Assembly: GCA_963713975.1 (NCBI GenBank)
Contig: OY970218.1
Location: forward strand, 2,240,001-2,304,000
Direction: 5' to 3'
DNA from: an uncultured Chloroflexia bacterium
GTDB lineage: Bacteria; Chloroflexota; Limnocylindria; Limnocylindrales; CSP1-4
Length of the DNA: 64,000 nt
Every line of letters begins with the position of its first letter. Position 1 is the first letter of the stretch. This document shows, one piece after another, positions 17,965 through 27,412 of the stretch. The translations under genes were made by a program, and so were the position numbers. The notes below the pieces were generated by a model, which worked only from the letters and a program-made list of their open reading frames with translations, was not told the origin of the DNA and searched no databases.

Positions 17965-19320
17965 CTACAGGCCACAGGTCGAGTCCGTGCACAGGGTGAT
18001 GGGCTCCCCGTACGAGCTCAACTTGGAGAACACCCACCCCATCGGCGAGTACCAGGCGCTGCCACCCGGCGGATTGGCGCTTGTTGAGTCGCTGTGGATC
18101 CCCCATGCCAGGGTCACGCCGCCGCTGGTCGTGAAGTACGGGGCTCCGCTGTCTCCCGGGCTGGCGTCGAAGTTGTCGACCCACTGGTGCTCGATGGCTG
18201 TGCCGTCGACGTCCTTGACCCTGTCTTCCAGCGTGAGGTTCCCGCACCAGAACCCGGTCGTCCTCCCCGATCGACAGAGATAGTCGCCCACGTTCTGGCT
18301 TGATGTCGTGACATAGCCCCCGACGGTGCGGATGTCATTCTCGCTCACGCCGAAGAGGAGATTGTCAGGGCCACTCGGGGCGGACATCGCGATCAGGCCG
18401 GCGTCAGCGTTGGACAAATTCCCATAGGTCTCCGTCCTCCCTGTTCCGATGTCGGTCCCGCTGTGGCGCCACATGCTGTTGAGCCCGCCGGTCGCGAGGG
18501 CCAGGCAATGACCGGCGGTCAGCATCCGATAGGTAGAGGTGCCCTGCCTGCGCACGACGAAGCCGGACGTGCAGATCGAGCTCGTATTGACCTGCTCGTA
18601 GATCTTGATGCCACCCTTCATGGGCCAGCAGTCGATGCGCGACAGGCACGCATCAAGGTGTGCATCGATTTCCTCCTCGACCGTCCCGACAGGACCGTAG
18701 CGGGATTGAAGCTCCGTGTCGGCCACCTCTGTCAGGCCGTTGACCCCCACCAGCACCTGGTTGTTGCGGATATCCAGACCCGCGCTCTGGATGTCGATGC
18801 CTGCTCTCGCGAGCTCGCCCCGCTCTCCCCAGATCGTGTGCTTCAACTGTTCCAGCTCGGCTCGAGCGTGACCGACTTCGACAAGGTCGTAGTCGACGCC
18901 GGGCGGCATGCGTTCCGCAAGGTCCGCCACCCAAGCTTGACGATCCTGGCCCGCGACCATGAAGACGGGCATTCCTCCGCGTTGCTGGTCCATGTAGACG
19001 CCCGCATACCCGTCGAGGTGGCTCGCGTATTCGATCACGGGATCAACCGCCAACTGGATCGCGATGCGTCGACCGATCTCCGCTGCCTCGGCCTCGGAGA
19101 GCGGGACGCCGTACTGGAGATCAGGGAAGGTCGAGTGGTCGGCGAAGGTCCCCCGAACAAAGTCCTCGTCCGACCGGAACCCCGCGGTCTCGCGGAACAC
19201 GATCGCCTGACCGACATCCGCCGCGGAAACTACGGTGTTAGCCAGTGCGCTGGATGGGGTACCGAACGACAGCGCCAAAGCCAGCAGGACGCCCAGCGGG
19301 CCCAAACGACCTTTCGGCAT
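17965..19320 (-). CDS. Secreted S1 (alpha-lytic/streptogrisin-like) serine protease with pro-domain
   Basis: Signal peptide; CTSGF, LTAGHC (His), DAG (Asp), CRSGRTTG, PGDSGAP (Ser). Confidence 0.92.
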   Translation of the reverse strand: MPKGRLGPLGVLLALALSFGTPSSALANTVVSAADVGQAIVFRETAGFRSDEDFVRGTFADHSTFPDLQYGVPLSEAEAAEIGRRIAIQLAVDPVIEYASHLDGYAGVYMDQQRGGMPVFMVAGQDRQAWVADLAERMPPGVDYDLVEVGHARAELEQLKHTIWGERGELARAGIDIQSAGLDIRNNQVLVGVNGLTEVADTELQSRYGPVGTVEEEIDAHLDACLSRIDCWPMKGGIKIYEQVNTSSICTSGFVVRRQGTSTYRMLTAGHCLALATGGLNSMWRHSGTDIGTGRTETYGNLSNADAGLIAMSAPSGPDNLLFGVSENDIRTVGGYVTTSSQNVGDYLCRSGRTTGFWCGNLTLEDRVKDVDGTAIEHQWVDNFDASPGDSGAPYFTTSGGVTLAWGIHSDSTSANPPGGSAWYSPMGWVFSKLSSYGEPITLCTDSTCGL

Positions 19321-19499
19321 GACCTCATCCCTCTTTCCTGGTCCGGACCTTTCGTGACGATGACGATCAGCTCGGCTCGCGTTCGTGTCGGCACGTCGGG
19401 TGGTCCCGGCTACCGTACGGCCCCCTGCTGCGCTCGGCCATTGGGGATTCGCCTACTGGGCGAGCCCGCCGGGATGTGCGACGGTCGTGCTCGCGTCGG

Positions 19500-20123
19500 T
19501 CAACGCCGCGGCCGCGGTTCGGGTGGGATGTCGAGCCAGCCCTCCCGCTCAACCCGCAGGGCGAGCTCGGTCCGGCTCAGCGCGCCGGCACGCGTGAAGA
19601 GGTGCGACAGGTGCACCTCGACTGTCTTGCGTGAGAGACCGAGGTCGGACGCGATCTCGTCGTTGGTCTGCCCGCGCAGCAGGCCCGCCAGGACCTGCCG
19701 CTCGCGGTCGGTCAGCGGCGCCCAGGCCGCGCCGCCGGGGTCCGCCGGGTAGACCCAGCCGCCCGCATGCACCCGGCGGACCGCGTCCACGATGGCGTCG
19801 GTGCGGGTCGTCTTCAGCAGGTAGCCGCCCGCCCCGTGCCGCTGGGCCGCCGCCTGGTACAGCGGGTGGTCGTACTGGGACAGCATCAGGAAGCGAGGAC
19901 CTGCCAGCGTGGCGCGCGCCTCGGCGAGGAGCTCGAGCCCGGAGCCGTCGGGCAGCCGGACGTCGCACACGACGATGTCGAACCGTGTTTCCGCCAGCAG
20001 CTTGCGGGCCTCCCCCAGGGTGTGCGCCGCCAGGACCGGACCGAATCCGTGTTCGGCCCGCAGACGCCCCTCCAGCCGCTCGGTCACGAGCGGGTGGTCG
20101 TCGACGATGAGGATGGCGATCAC
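19500..20123 (-). CDS. NarL/LuxR-family response regulator
   Basis: ILIVDDHPLV, CDVRLPDGSG, GYLLK, LTDRERQVL...TNDEIASDLGLSRKTVEVHL; GTG at 20123 overlaps the kinase stop. Confidence 0.92.
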   Translation of the reverse strand: MIAILIVDDHPLVTERLEGRLRAEHGFGPVLAAHTLGEARKLLAETRFDIVVCDVRLPDGSGLELLAEARATLAGPRFLMLSQYDHPLYQAAAQRHGAGGYLLKTTRTDAIVDAVRRVHAGGWVYPADPGGAAWAPLTDRERQVLAGLLRGQTNDEIASDLGLSRKTVEVHLSHLFTRAGALSRTELALRVEREGWLDIPPEPRPRR

Positions 20124-21730
20124 GGCCGGCTCCAGTCCAGGGTCACAAGCGTGCCCGTCGGGGATGCGGCCCCGACCGCCAACGCCGCACCGACCGACGT
20201 CGCACGCTGGTGCATCGTCGCCATCCCGAGCCTGCCAGCGCGGCGGGCCGCCCACAGGTCGTCCTGCCGGATGCCGCAGCCATCGTCCTCGATCTCCAGA
20301 CGCAGCCGGTCGGGCCTGACGTCCGCACGGACGGTGATGCGGCTGGCCGAGGCATGGCTGATGACGTTGCCAACGGCCTCCTGCGCGATCCGGAAGGCGG
20401 CCAATTCCACGTCGGCGGGCGGACGCTCGTGCCTGGTGAGCCCGGTAGTGTGGGTGATGTCCCCGGCGATCGCGACATCCGCGTCGAGGCGGATCCGCGT
20501 CTGATCGACGAGCCAACCGAGCGCGGCATCCAGGCCGAGGTCGTCGAGCACAGGCGGCCGCAGCGCCGCGCTGACCGCACGCAACTCCAGCCCCGCCTCC
20601 TCGAGCAGCGTGATCGCGTCGTCGGCCGACCCGCCGTCACGCAGGCCGGCCACGGCGGCCGCCAGGACCTGGACCGGGCCGTCGTGGATCTCGGCCGCGA
20701 GCCGCGCCCGCTCCTCCTCGGTGGCGGCCAGCGCGGCCCGGTCCCGTACGCCGTCCGTCACCAGGTGCTCGACAATCGAGGCCAGGCGGGCGCGCACGAG
20801 CACATAGGCGGCGCCAGCGACCATAGCCGCCGCAACGGCCATCGGGACCGGCACGGCCGCGAGTGCGACCAGCGTCACCGTCCCGGCGCCGATCATGACC
20901 GCAGCCAGGACATCGAGGGCGCGCGGCGGGTTCCGGGTCGCCGTGTCCGCCGCCCAGCGGCGCCACGGAGCGGCCACGGCGAACGCGGTCACCAACGCGG
21001 CCACGGTCGTGGCCACGCGTGCGGCATCCGCCACCTGATAGACCGGCAGGGCCGCAAACCTGGCGGCCGTCCAAGCGATCGCCCCGGCAGCGGCCGCAGC
21101 CGGGACGACGGGCCAGAACCGGTACCGGGCAGCACCGACCACAAGCCACGCCGCGCCGACGAGCGGGATCGCGGCGAGCAGGGCCGTGGATGCTATCGGG
21201 GTGTTCGTCGCCGCTACCGGAACGGCAGCGACGAACGCCGCAGCGAGTGCGGCCGCGACCGCGAGCTCCCGGCGCAGTGGCAGCAGGCCCACGGCAGCAA
21301 GACAGAGGAGCAGGGCGGCAAGGGCCACGGGCACGGTCTGGCGCAGGACCTGCCGCTGCCCGGGGCCGCCGGTCGCCAGGATCGTGTCCGGAGCCGGCGT
21401 GACCTCCACCCGCCAGAGCAGCGGGGAGTCGCCGTTGAGAAACGCGACGAGCGCCTGGCCCTGGCGGAGACCGGTGTTCCAGGCCTGCCCGCCAGGCAGC
21501 ACCCAGCCGACCTCGAGGCCCAGCGGCTCCACCTGCACGTCACGGAGCGGGACGCCATCCCCCGCCATCGTGAGCGCCCACAGCGTGCTCACCCCGGCCA
21601 GTCCCACCGCCGCTGGCGCCAGCCACCGGCCCGACCGGCGCCCCGTGGTCCCGGGCGGGCGCCCACGAGGCAACTCACCAACCCCAGCATAGGGATTCCC
21701 CCAATCGCCTCGCACCTGCCGCTCCCTCAT
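20120..21730 (-). CDS. Multi-TM sensor histidine kinase (HisKA_3) with PDZ-like extracellular segment, ComP-like architecture
   Basis: ERARLAAEIHDGPVQ, LRPPVLDDLGL, QEAVGNVISHA, DDGCG; N-terminal EVGWVLPGGQAWNTGLRQGQALV followed by several TM helices; start uncertain. Confidence 0.88.
   Translation of the reverse strand: MRERQVRGDWGNPYAGVGELPRGRPPGTTGRRSGRWLAPAAVGLAGVSTLWALTMAGDGVPLRDVQVEPLGLEVGWVLPGGQAWNTGLRQGQALVAFLNGDSPLLWRVEVTPAPDTILATGGPGQRQVLRQTVPVALAALLLCLAAVGLLPLRRELAVAAALAAAFVAAVPVAATNTPIASTALLAAIPLVGAAWLVVGAARYRFWPVVPAAAAAGAIAWTAARFAALPVYQVADAARVATTVAALVTAFAVAAPWRRWAADTATRNPPRALDVLAAVMIGAGTVTLVALAAVPVPMAVAAAMVAGAAYVLVRARLASIVEHLVTDGVRDRAALAATEEERARLAAEIHDGPVQVLAAAVAGLRDGGSADDAITLLEEAGLELRAVSAALRPPVLDDLGLDAALGWLVDQTRIRLDADVAIAGDITHTTGLTRHERPPADVELAAFRIAQEAVGNVISHASASRITVRADVRPDRLRLEIEDDGCGIRQDDLWAARRAGRLGMATMHQRATSVGAALAVGAASPTGTLVTLDWSRP
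21690..21705 (+). promoter_or_regulatory. 16-bp box YAGG.....CCCCAAT, candidate response-regulator site
   Basis: TAGGGATTCCCCCAAT; related copies at 13324, 19440 (minus), 21667, 22938 and 22960. Confidence 0.65.
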
Positions 21731-21768
21731 CGTGACCGCACGACCACCACCAGCCAGAGGGACCTACG

Positions 21769-22293
21769 ATGCAGCCTCGTACCAGCATGCTCGCACTTCT
21801 GGCCGCAGCCGTGCTGGCCGTCTTCGCGGTCGCGACCGGGACAGCGACCACGCGAGCCACCTCGACGCCGGCGCCGGTCGCCGACCTCGCCGGCGTGCTG
21901 ATCCCGATCGGCGAGGTCGCGGCCCACTATTGCCACGATCTCGACTACCCCCGCATCCACTGCTTCGCCCAGCCCGAGGAGCTCGAGTCCGCCGTCAGCG
22001 CGACCCAGACGTCGCGCACTCTTCAGGTCGCCGCGGGTGCGCAGTACATGAAGCTCTTCGACCTCGCGGGCTACACGGGCACGTACATCATCCTGTCGCT
22101 TGACTACAACGACCTCAGCACCATCGGCTGGAACGACCGGGCGAGCTCATACATCGGTGTCAACAACCTCGCCTTCGGCCTGTGGACGGCCTGGTACATG
22201 ACCGGGAGCGGGATCGTGGGCTGCTGCAACCAGCGGGCGTCCTCGCTCTCGTCCACCTTCGACAACCAGATCAGCTCGACGCAGTTGCGGTAG
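21769..22293 (+). CDS. Secreted beta/gamma-crystallin-like (peptidase inhibitor I36-like) protein
   Basis: Signal peptide; twin Greek-key-like motifs LFDLAGYTG...WNDRASSY and WYMTG...FDNQISS. Confidence 0.72.
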   Translation: MQPRTSMLALLAAAVLAVFAVATGTATTRATSTPAPVADLAGVLIPIGEVAAHYCHDLDYPRIHCFAQPEELESAVSATQTSRTLQVAAGAQYMKLFDLAGYTGTYIILSLDYNDLSTIGWNDRASSYIGVNNLAFGLWTAWYMTGSGIVGCCNQRASSLSSTFDNQISSTQLR

Positions 22294-22294
22294 G

Positions 22295-22696
22295 TCAGCA
22301 GGCGGGCGGCGGCGGCGAGGAGCCCGCCGGGTCGCCGGGCGGTGTCACGAACACGACCGCGAGGCCGGGCTCGAGCACCACATCCACGATGACGCCCTCC
22401 GGGACCGCGGTCACGACATCGGCGACCGCCGACCTGTCCTCGAGCGTGCGGACGACCCGCCAGTGCACCGCGAAGCCCGCCGATACCAGTGCCTTCTCGG
22501 CATCCCCCGGCGACAGGCGGGCCACGGCCGCGCAGTCCACGGGGGGCGCCGTTGGGGCCGAGGCGGCGCTCGGCGTCAGCATCACCGGGGTTGCGGCTAG
22601 CGAGCAGGCTGTCAGAAGCACTGTCGTGGTGAGCATGACGAGGATCCGACCCAATGAGCGCAGTGTGTTGGAAGGGTGACGGAGCCAGCGGGTCAT
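22295..22696 (-). CDS. Small lipoprotein
   Basis: Lipobox LLTAC, Pro/Ala linker, small globular domain ending in Cys. Confidence 0.65.
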   Translation of the reverse strand: MTRWLRHPSNTLRSLGRILVMLTTTVLLTACSLAATPVMLTPSAASAPTAPPVDCAAVARLSPGDAEKALVSAGFAVHWRVVRTLEDRSAVADVVTAVPEGVIVDVVLEPGLAVVFVTPPGDPAGSSPPPPAC

Positions 22697-22937
22697 GTGT
22701 CCGGAATCTACTCTAGGCGGTTCCTGCCCGGTTCCTTAGCTTATTCACTTCCCTGTCGGGCGCGCCAAACCACCCCGCCTCTTCCCGCGGTCGCCCCTGC
22801 TCCATGTCGATCCCCGCCCTATCGGCGGCGGCCTGATGTCGGACACGCTGCCACCGCAGGTGACGGTTGCACAAGCGAGTTGTGTGCAGTCCGCGTCTGG
22901 TCGTGCCAGGGCAGACACGCCCTGCAGTCGACGCCTA

Positions 22938-22975
22938 TAGGGTTCTCCCCATCCGGGGATAGGGGACTCCCCAAT
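22938..22975 (+). promoter_or_regulatory. Tandem 16-bp boxes, 22-bp spacing
   Basis: TAGGGTTCTCCCCATC and TAGGGGACTCCCCAAT upstream of the secreted gene at 23159. Confidence 0.65.
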
Positions 22976-23158
22976 TGCACACCACGGACGACGCGACGAG
23001 ACTCGCGATGGCTGTCCTAGGTGGGCACAACCTGATCATCCCAGCCGAGACGGACTCCCTCCCATGACCCCGCCATCGGGCGTCGGCACACAGGAAACGA
23101 CCGTCTGCAGCCGGCGCGGCCAACAGATACCGAGCCGCCACACGAAGGGAGCGCCAGC

Positions 23159-24001
23159 ATGAGACGTCATCGGTCGGTGTCTGTTCGCCTGCTCGCCGTC
23201 GTCGCCTCGGCCGTGCTGGTCTCCCAGAGTGCCGGAGCGACTCTCGCAGCAGGTCCGGCGGTCTCGCCGTCGCCTATCGCGACTGACTACCAATGGGCGT
23301 TCTGGGCGGACGGCCTCGCTCCACTCGCCAACGCCAAGCAGTGGGTGCTGCAGGGAACCAAACAGCCGTCTGGCGCGTGCGCCTATGACTATCCGACAGG
23401 CCCAACGGAGGTGCCCGCCGCCGGATGGGAGGCACGCAGCGTCGCCATCGACGTCGCGAACTGCGCGAAGCTTATTGAGGAGGGGCAGCCAACGGCATTC
23501 GCTGTCACCGAGAGAGGGCCGGGCACGTCCGAAGCTCTGACGGAGGGCAGCAGCGGAGTCGCGAGGACCCAGTCCGACGCCGCCGCAGCGACGAGCACGC
23601 GAAGCGCCTGGCAGAAGGTGACCTGGTACGACATCGTCAACCTGTGGCTCAACTACGACGTGACGCAGGTCACTTGGTCCTACAACGGGTCGTCGGTGAG
23701 CGCCGGATCCGTCCAAGGGTTCGTCGGCTGGCGCAGCGGCTCAGGCTGGGGCCTCGTCTACGCGCATCACGCCGGGTCCTACGGTGCCGGGAACTCATAC
23801 TATCTCGGCAACACGTGGAGCAAGATGGGCAACCCGATCTTCTGCCCTACGCCGCCGATCGTCTACACCGTGTATTCCTTCAATAAGGTGTGGGGGCATC
23901 CGAACGGGACGGCGACGCGCAGCCAGTCGAGCGACAGCATCGACGAGTGCCTGCCCTTCCACTTCGACATCCAGTCCGCGTACGGCACCTGGCCGGGATG
24001 A
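23159..24001 (+). CDS. Secreted hypothetical protein with aromatic/Gly-rich beta C-terminal domain
   Basis: AAGGGAG RBS, signal peptide ending ATLA, two Cys pairs, Trp/Tyr-rich strands (QVTWSYNGSSV, GWRSGSGWGLVY). Confidence 0.78.
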   Translation: MRRHRSVSVRLLAVVASAVLVSQSAGATLAAGPAVSPSPIATDYQWAFWADGLAPLANAKQWVLQGTKQPSGACAYDYPTGPTEVPAAGWEARSVAIDVANCAKLIEEGQPTAFAVTERGPGTSEALTEGSSGVARTQSDAAAATSTRSAWQKVTWYDIVNLWLNYDVTQVTWSYNGSSVSAGSVQGFVGWRSGSGWGLVYAHHAGSYGAGNSYYLGNTWSKMGNPIFCPTPPIVYTVYSFNKVWGHPNGTATRSQSSDSIDECLPFHFDIQSAYGTWPG

Positions 24002-24023
24002 GGTCGGCGGAGGGCCCGCGCCG

Positions 24024-24361
24024 GTGAGTCGTGCCCTGGTCCTCGGGCTGGTCGCAGGCGCGGTTGCCCCGCCCTCGTCTTCGTAGTCCTGCCCGTCATT
24101 GGGGTCCTGGCTGTCGGAGGGCTGCTCGTGGCCACGGCGCGAGGCCCTCGGCGATGGACGCTGAACGGAGCCCTGACTGGGCTTGGGGGCGTCTGGACCA
24201 TCCTCGCGGCCAAGGGGTTGGCCGATTGCGCCCCTACGGGTGACTGGTGTGGTCAGACGCCGTTGGTCCCCTTCATGGTGCTCGCGTTCGTCACGCTGGC
24301 ATGCGGCATCGCCTCGACCGTGGTGTCGCTTCGGCGATCCCGAACTCCGGACGGCCGGTAA
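24024..24361 (+). pseudogene. Small ~4-TM membrane protein with one frameshift (real or sequencing error)
   Basis: GGAGGG RBS + GTG; VSRALVLGLVAGAVA shifts at the C-run ~24067-24070 into ALVFVVLPVIGVLAVGGLLV...DCAPTGDWC...SLRRSR. Confidence 0.6.
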
Positions 24362-24531
24362 GGCCTTCGAGCGCACCGGCAGCCACCGGCGACAATGCGC
24401 CTTCCACTGGTGGCGTGGCCCATCGGACAGGCGCATGGGCGCGGCCTCCACGCCTCGAGTCGGAACGTCGTGCCGGCACCACGCCACTTGGTCAGCGTGC
24501 GCGCCCGCACGGGAGGCGTGAACAGGGCGCA

Positions 24532-25808
24532 CTACGCGCCCAGGAGCGCGAGCGGGACAACGCCGACGCCGTCCGGTCGCCGGTAGGCCGCCGGGCCGGT
24601 CGAGAGGATGACGGTGTGGAGCATCGCGTCGCCGGCGATCTCGCGGAGCCGTCGCAGCTGCCGAGCGTCATCGTCCCCGACCGCTCGGGCCGACTTCACC
24701 TCGATCGCCACGAACCGCCCGTCGTCCCGTCCGACGATGAGGTCCACCTCGCGCTCGCCACGCTGGGTGCGGTAGTGGTACACGCTGGCCTCGGCAGCCT
24801 GGGCGAAGACGCGAACGCACAGCGTGGCGAGCGACTCGAACAGCGCGCCAAGGAGCAGGTCCGGGTGCCGGATGCCCGGCGTCGCGGGGCCCGCAGCGGC
24901 GATCGCGGATGCGCCCACCCCCCAGGAGGCGCGCGGCGAAGGCGGGATCGGCGAGCTGGTGCTTCGGCGCCGCGGTGAGCCGGGCGAGGCCGGGCCGCGA
25001 CGGGAGCCAGCCGGGCACGGGCTCCACGAGCCAGAGCCGCTCGAGCACGTCGAAGTAGCGCTGGACGGTGGACTTGCCCGGCATCTCGCCCGCCGCCCCA
25101 GCGGTGGCGTCCCGGATCTTCTCGAGCGAGGCCGTCGTGGAGACGGCGGCGGCGTGCGCAGCGAGCCAGCGGTGGAGGGCCACGTGGTTCCGCAGGCGCT
25201 CCCCGCCAAGCTCGGTGTAGTCGTGGTCGATGACCTGGCCGAGGTGCGAGTCCAGCAGGGCTCTCGCCGTCCGGGCCGGCACGTCGGATGCCCGGGAGAC
25301 CCGACGCGGCGATCTCGGATGCGTAGTCCGACGCCCGCAGCGCGGTCTCGCCAGCAAGCGGCGGGCGGGACCCGGACAGCAGGGCGGCGAGGCTGACCGT
25401 GGGCGGCTGGACGCCGCGCTCAGCGAGGGCCATCGGCCGCATCCGCACCGACACGATCCGGCCCGTCCCGGGATGCGCCGGCCGGGCCCGCGGCACGGCC
25501 GAGCCGGTCAGGATGAAGCTGCCGGGCTCCGCGCCACGGTCGACGGCGGTACGCACCGCGTCCCAGACGTCCGGCACCAGCTGCCACTCGTCGATGAGGA
25601 CCGGCCGAGGGCCAGCCAGGGCGGCGGCCGGGTCCGCCTCCGTGGCGATGCGCGTGGCACGGTCGGCGAGGTCGTGCACGGTGCGGGCTCGCTCGGCCGC
25701 GGTCCGCGTCTTGCCGACGGCCCGGGGGCCCTCGAGGGCGACGGCCGCCGCGCCGGCGAGGTGGTCGTCCAGCTCGTCATCGACCAGCTGCCGCAGGTAT
25801 GGCCGCAT
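24532..25808 (-). pseudogene. AAA_14 ATPase + DUF4143 nuclease-like protein split over three frames
   Basis: GPRAVGKT, LIDEWQ, ILTGSA in frame 1; KHQLADP in frame 2; GALFES, EVDLIV, AIEVKS in frame 3; shifts near 25285 and at the 6-C run 24918-24923. Confidence 0.85.
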
Positions 25809-25866
25809 GGCGGATCCTCCAGGGCTGCCGAGGCGCGCATGTACGGCACGCGTCTGGCAGCCGTCT

Positions 25867-25929
25867 ACGGGACCGTTACGCGATGTTCAACAGGACCGTC
25901 TCGCGCCCATCAGCGGGACCATCCCGCGA
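25867..25929. repeat. Three imperfect direct repeats at 23-bp period
   Basis: ACGGGACCGTTACGCG (25867), ACAGGACCGTCTCGCG (25890), GCGGGACCATCCCGCG (25913). Confidence 0.6.
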
Positions 25930-26512
25930 GTGCGTGGGGGGTGGTGTGGCAGCAACCGCCGGGTGCAGGAGGCGCTGGCCGATCACCCTGGCCTCGGCGC
26001 GATCGGGACCCTCACGATAATGGTGGCATCCGCAGGTTCAGAACCCATTCGGGTTGGCGAATGCGACTTCGACGGCGACCGTACGCAACAGCCGTACACA
26101 TGCCCCCGCTCCGAGGGTCTTGTCCGCCGTAGTCTCGGGGCAGCGGTGACAGGCGAGGCGCCGGTCGTCGCGGGATCGTCCCCCGTGGGGCCGGCGGCGT
26201 GCGCTGCGGCCCGGCGGCACGGGGCCGCGGCTGGAGCCCCTCCGGCAGCCTCTGGGACCGCCCGTGACGCCGGCCACCCGCCCCCAGACCGCCCGCGTCA
26301 GGCCCAGGCGTCCGAAACACGGGTGCCCCAGGGCCCACTATGAGGTCGCCCACCATGCTGATGTCGTCCGCTCCCCACCACGCCACGTCATCCCAGCCCA
26401 TCCGGTCCCGCGTCCCTGACCCTCACCGGGTCCGCGACGGGGGCATCGGGTCCGGATCCCTGCCCCGGGTTCCGTGCGCGGGAACGCCCCCGGAGCCGCG
26501 GGACCCCACACC

Positions 26513-27412
26513 ATGATCGGGACGTTCCGTCCGGCTCCCCATCCCGTCAGGCGTCGGGTGCTCGATCCCGGGTTCCTGGGCATCCGCGACCGCGCGGTCC
26601 TCGAGCTCCTCCATCGCGCCGACGTCGCCACCACCGGCCAGCTCGTCACCCTCGTCTACCGCCGCCGGCAGACGGCGCAGGAGCATCTCGTCGCGCTGTA
26701 CCGCGCGGGCTGGATCGAGCGCGCCGTCCTGCCACCGACAACCCGGGGTGGTGCCCCACTCGCGTTCCGGCTCTCCGCCCGAGCCCGTCGCCGCCTGGGT
26801 CTCGGTCCCCTCACGCGCGGACGCGCGGGCACGCAACTGCGCCACTCGCTCAACGTCACCGAGACCGTCGCCACCCTGGTCCGCATGGATCCAGCGGGCA
26901 CGATGTCCCACCCCGTCCGTGCCTGGCTCCCCGAGCGCGCCGCCGCCAAGGTCGGGCTGCGCGACGTGTTCCCCGACAGCATCGTCGCACTCGCCTTGCC
27001 CACGGGCTCGGCCGTCCTGTGCCTCGAGATCGACCAGGCCACCGAGCACGCCCCGGTCATCCGCGCCAAGCTCGCTCGCTACGAGCCGGCGCTGCGCAAC
27101 CGCCATGGCTGGGGCGTCCTGTTCGTCGTCGAGTCGCCGGTCCGCGCCGCCTATCTCGCGCGGGTGGGGCGCGAGACCGAGTGCGCCCATCGCCTCATCG
27201 GCAAGGCCTGGGTCACGGTCCTCGGCGACCTCGCGGCCGAGGGTCCTTCCGCCACGCTGCGCCAGATCACCCCGGGCGGCGGACGGACCACCCTCGCCGC
27301 GGTCCTGCACGACCCTCGGCCACGCAGATGCTCGACACCCGTCGGGAGCGACGCGTGGATCGAGCTGCTCGCCTTTGGCGGCGCGGAGGACACGGCCGAG
27401 GCGCTCGCGTGA
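26513..27412 (+). CDS. Replication-relaxation (Replic_Relax-like) family protein
   Basis: RDRAVLELLHRADVATTGQLVTL wHTH, HSLNVTE, PDS...LEIDQATE...IRAKLARY, VLFVV pattern typical of this family. Confidence 0.78.
   Translation: MIGTFRPAPHPVRRRVLDPGFLGIRDRAVLELLHRADVATTGQLVTLVYRRRQTAQEHLVALYRAGWIERAVLPPTTRGGAPLAFRLSARARRRLGLGPLTRGRAGTQLRHSLNVTETVATLVRMDPAGTMSHPVRAWLPERAAAKVGLRDVFPDSIVALALPTGSAVLCLEIDQATEHAPVIRAKLARYEPALRNRHGWGVLFVVESPVRAAYLARVGRETECAHRLIGKAWVTVLGDLAAEGPSATLRQITPGGGRTTLAAVLHDPRPRRCSTPVGSDAWIELLAFGGAEDTAEALA

Noticed and set aside
26340-26516. 58-aa ORF ending in an ATGA overlap with the relaxase
   Set aside because: No RBS and Pro/Ser-rich; cannot be distinguished from chance.
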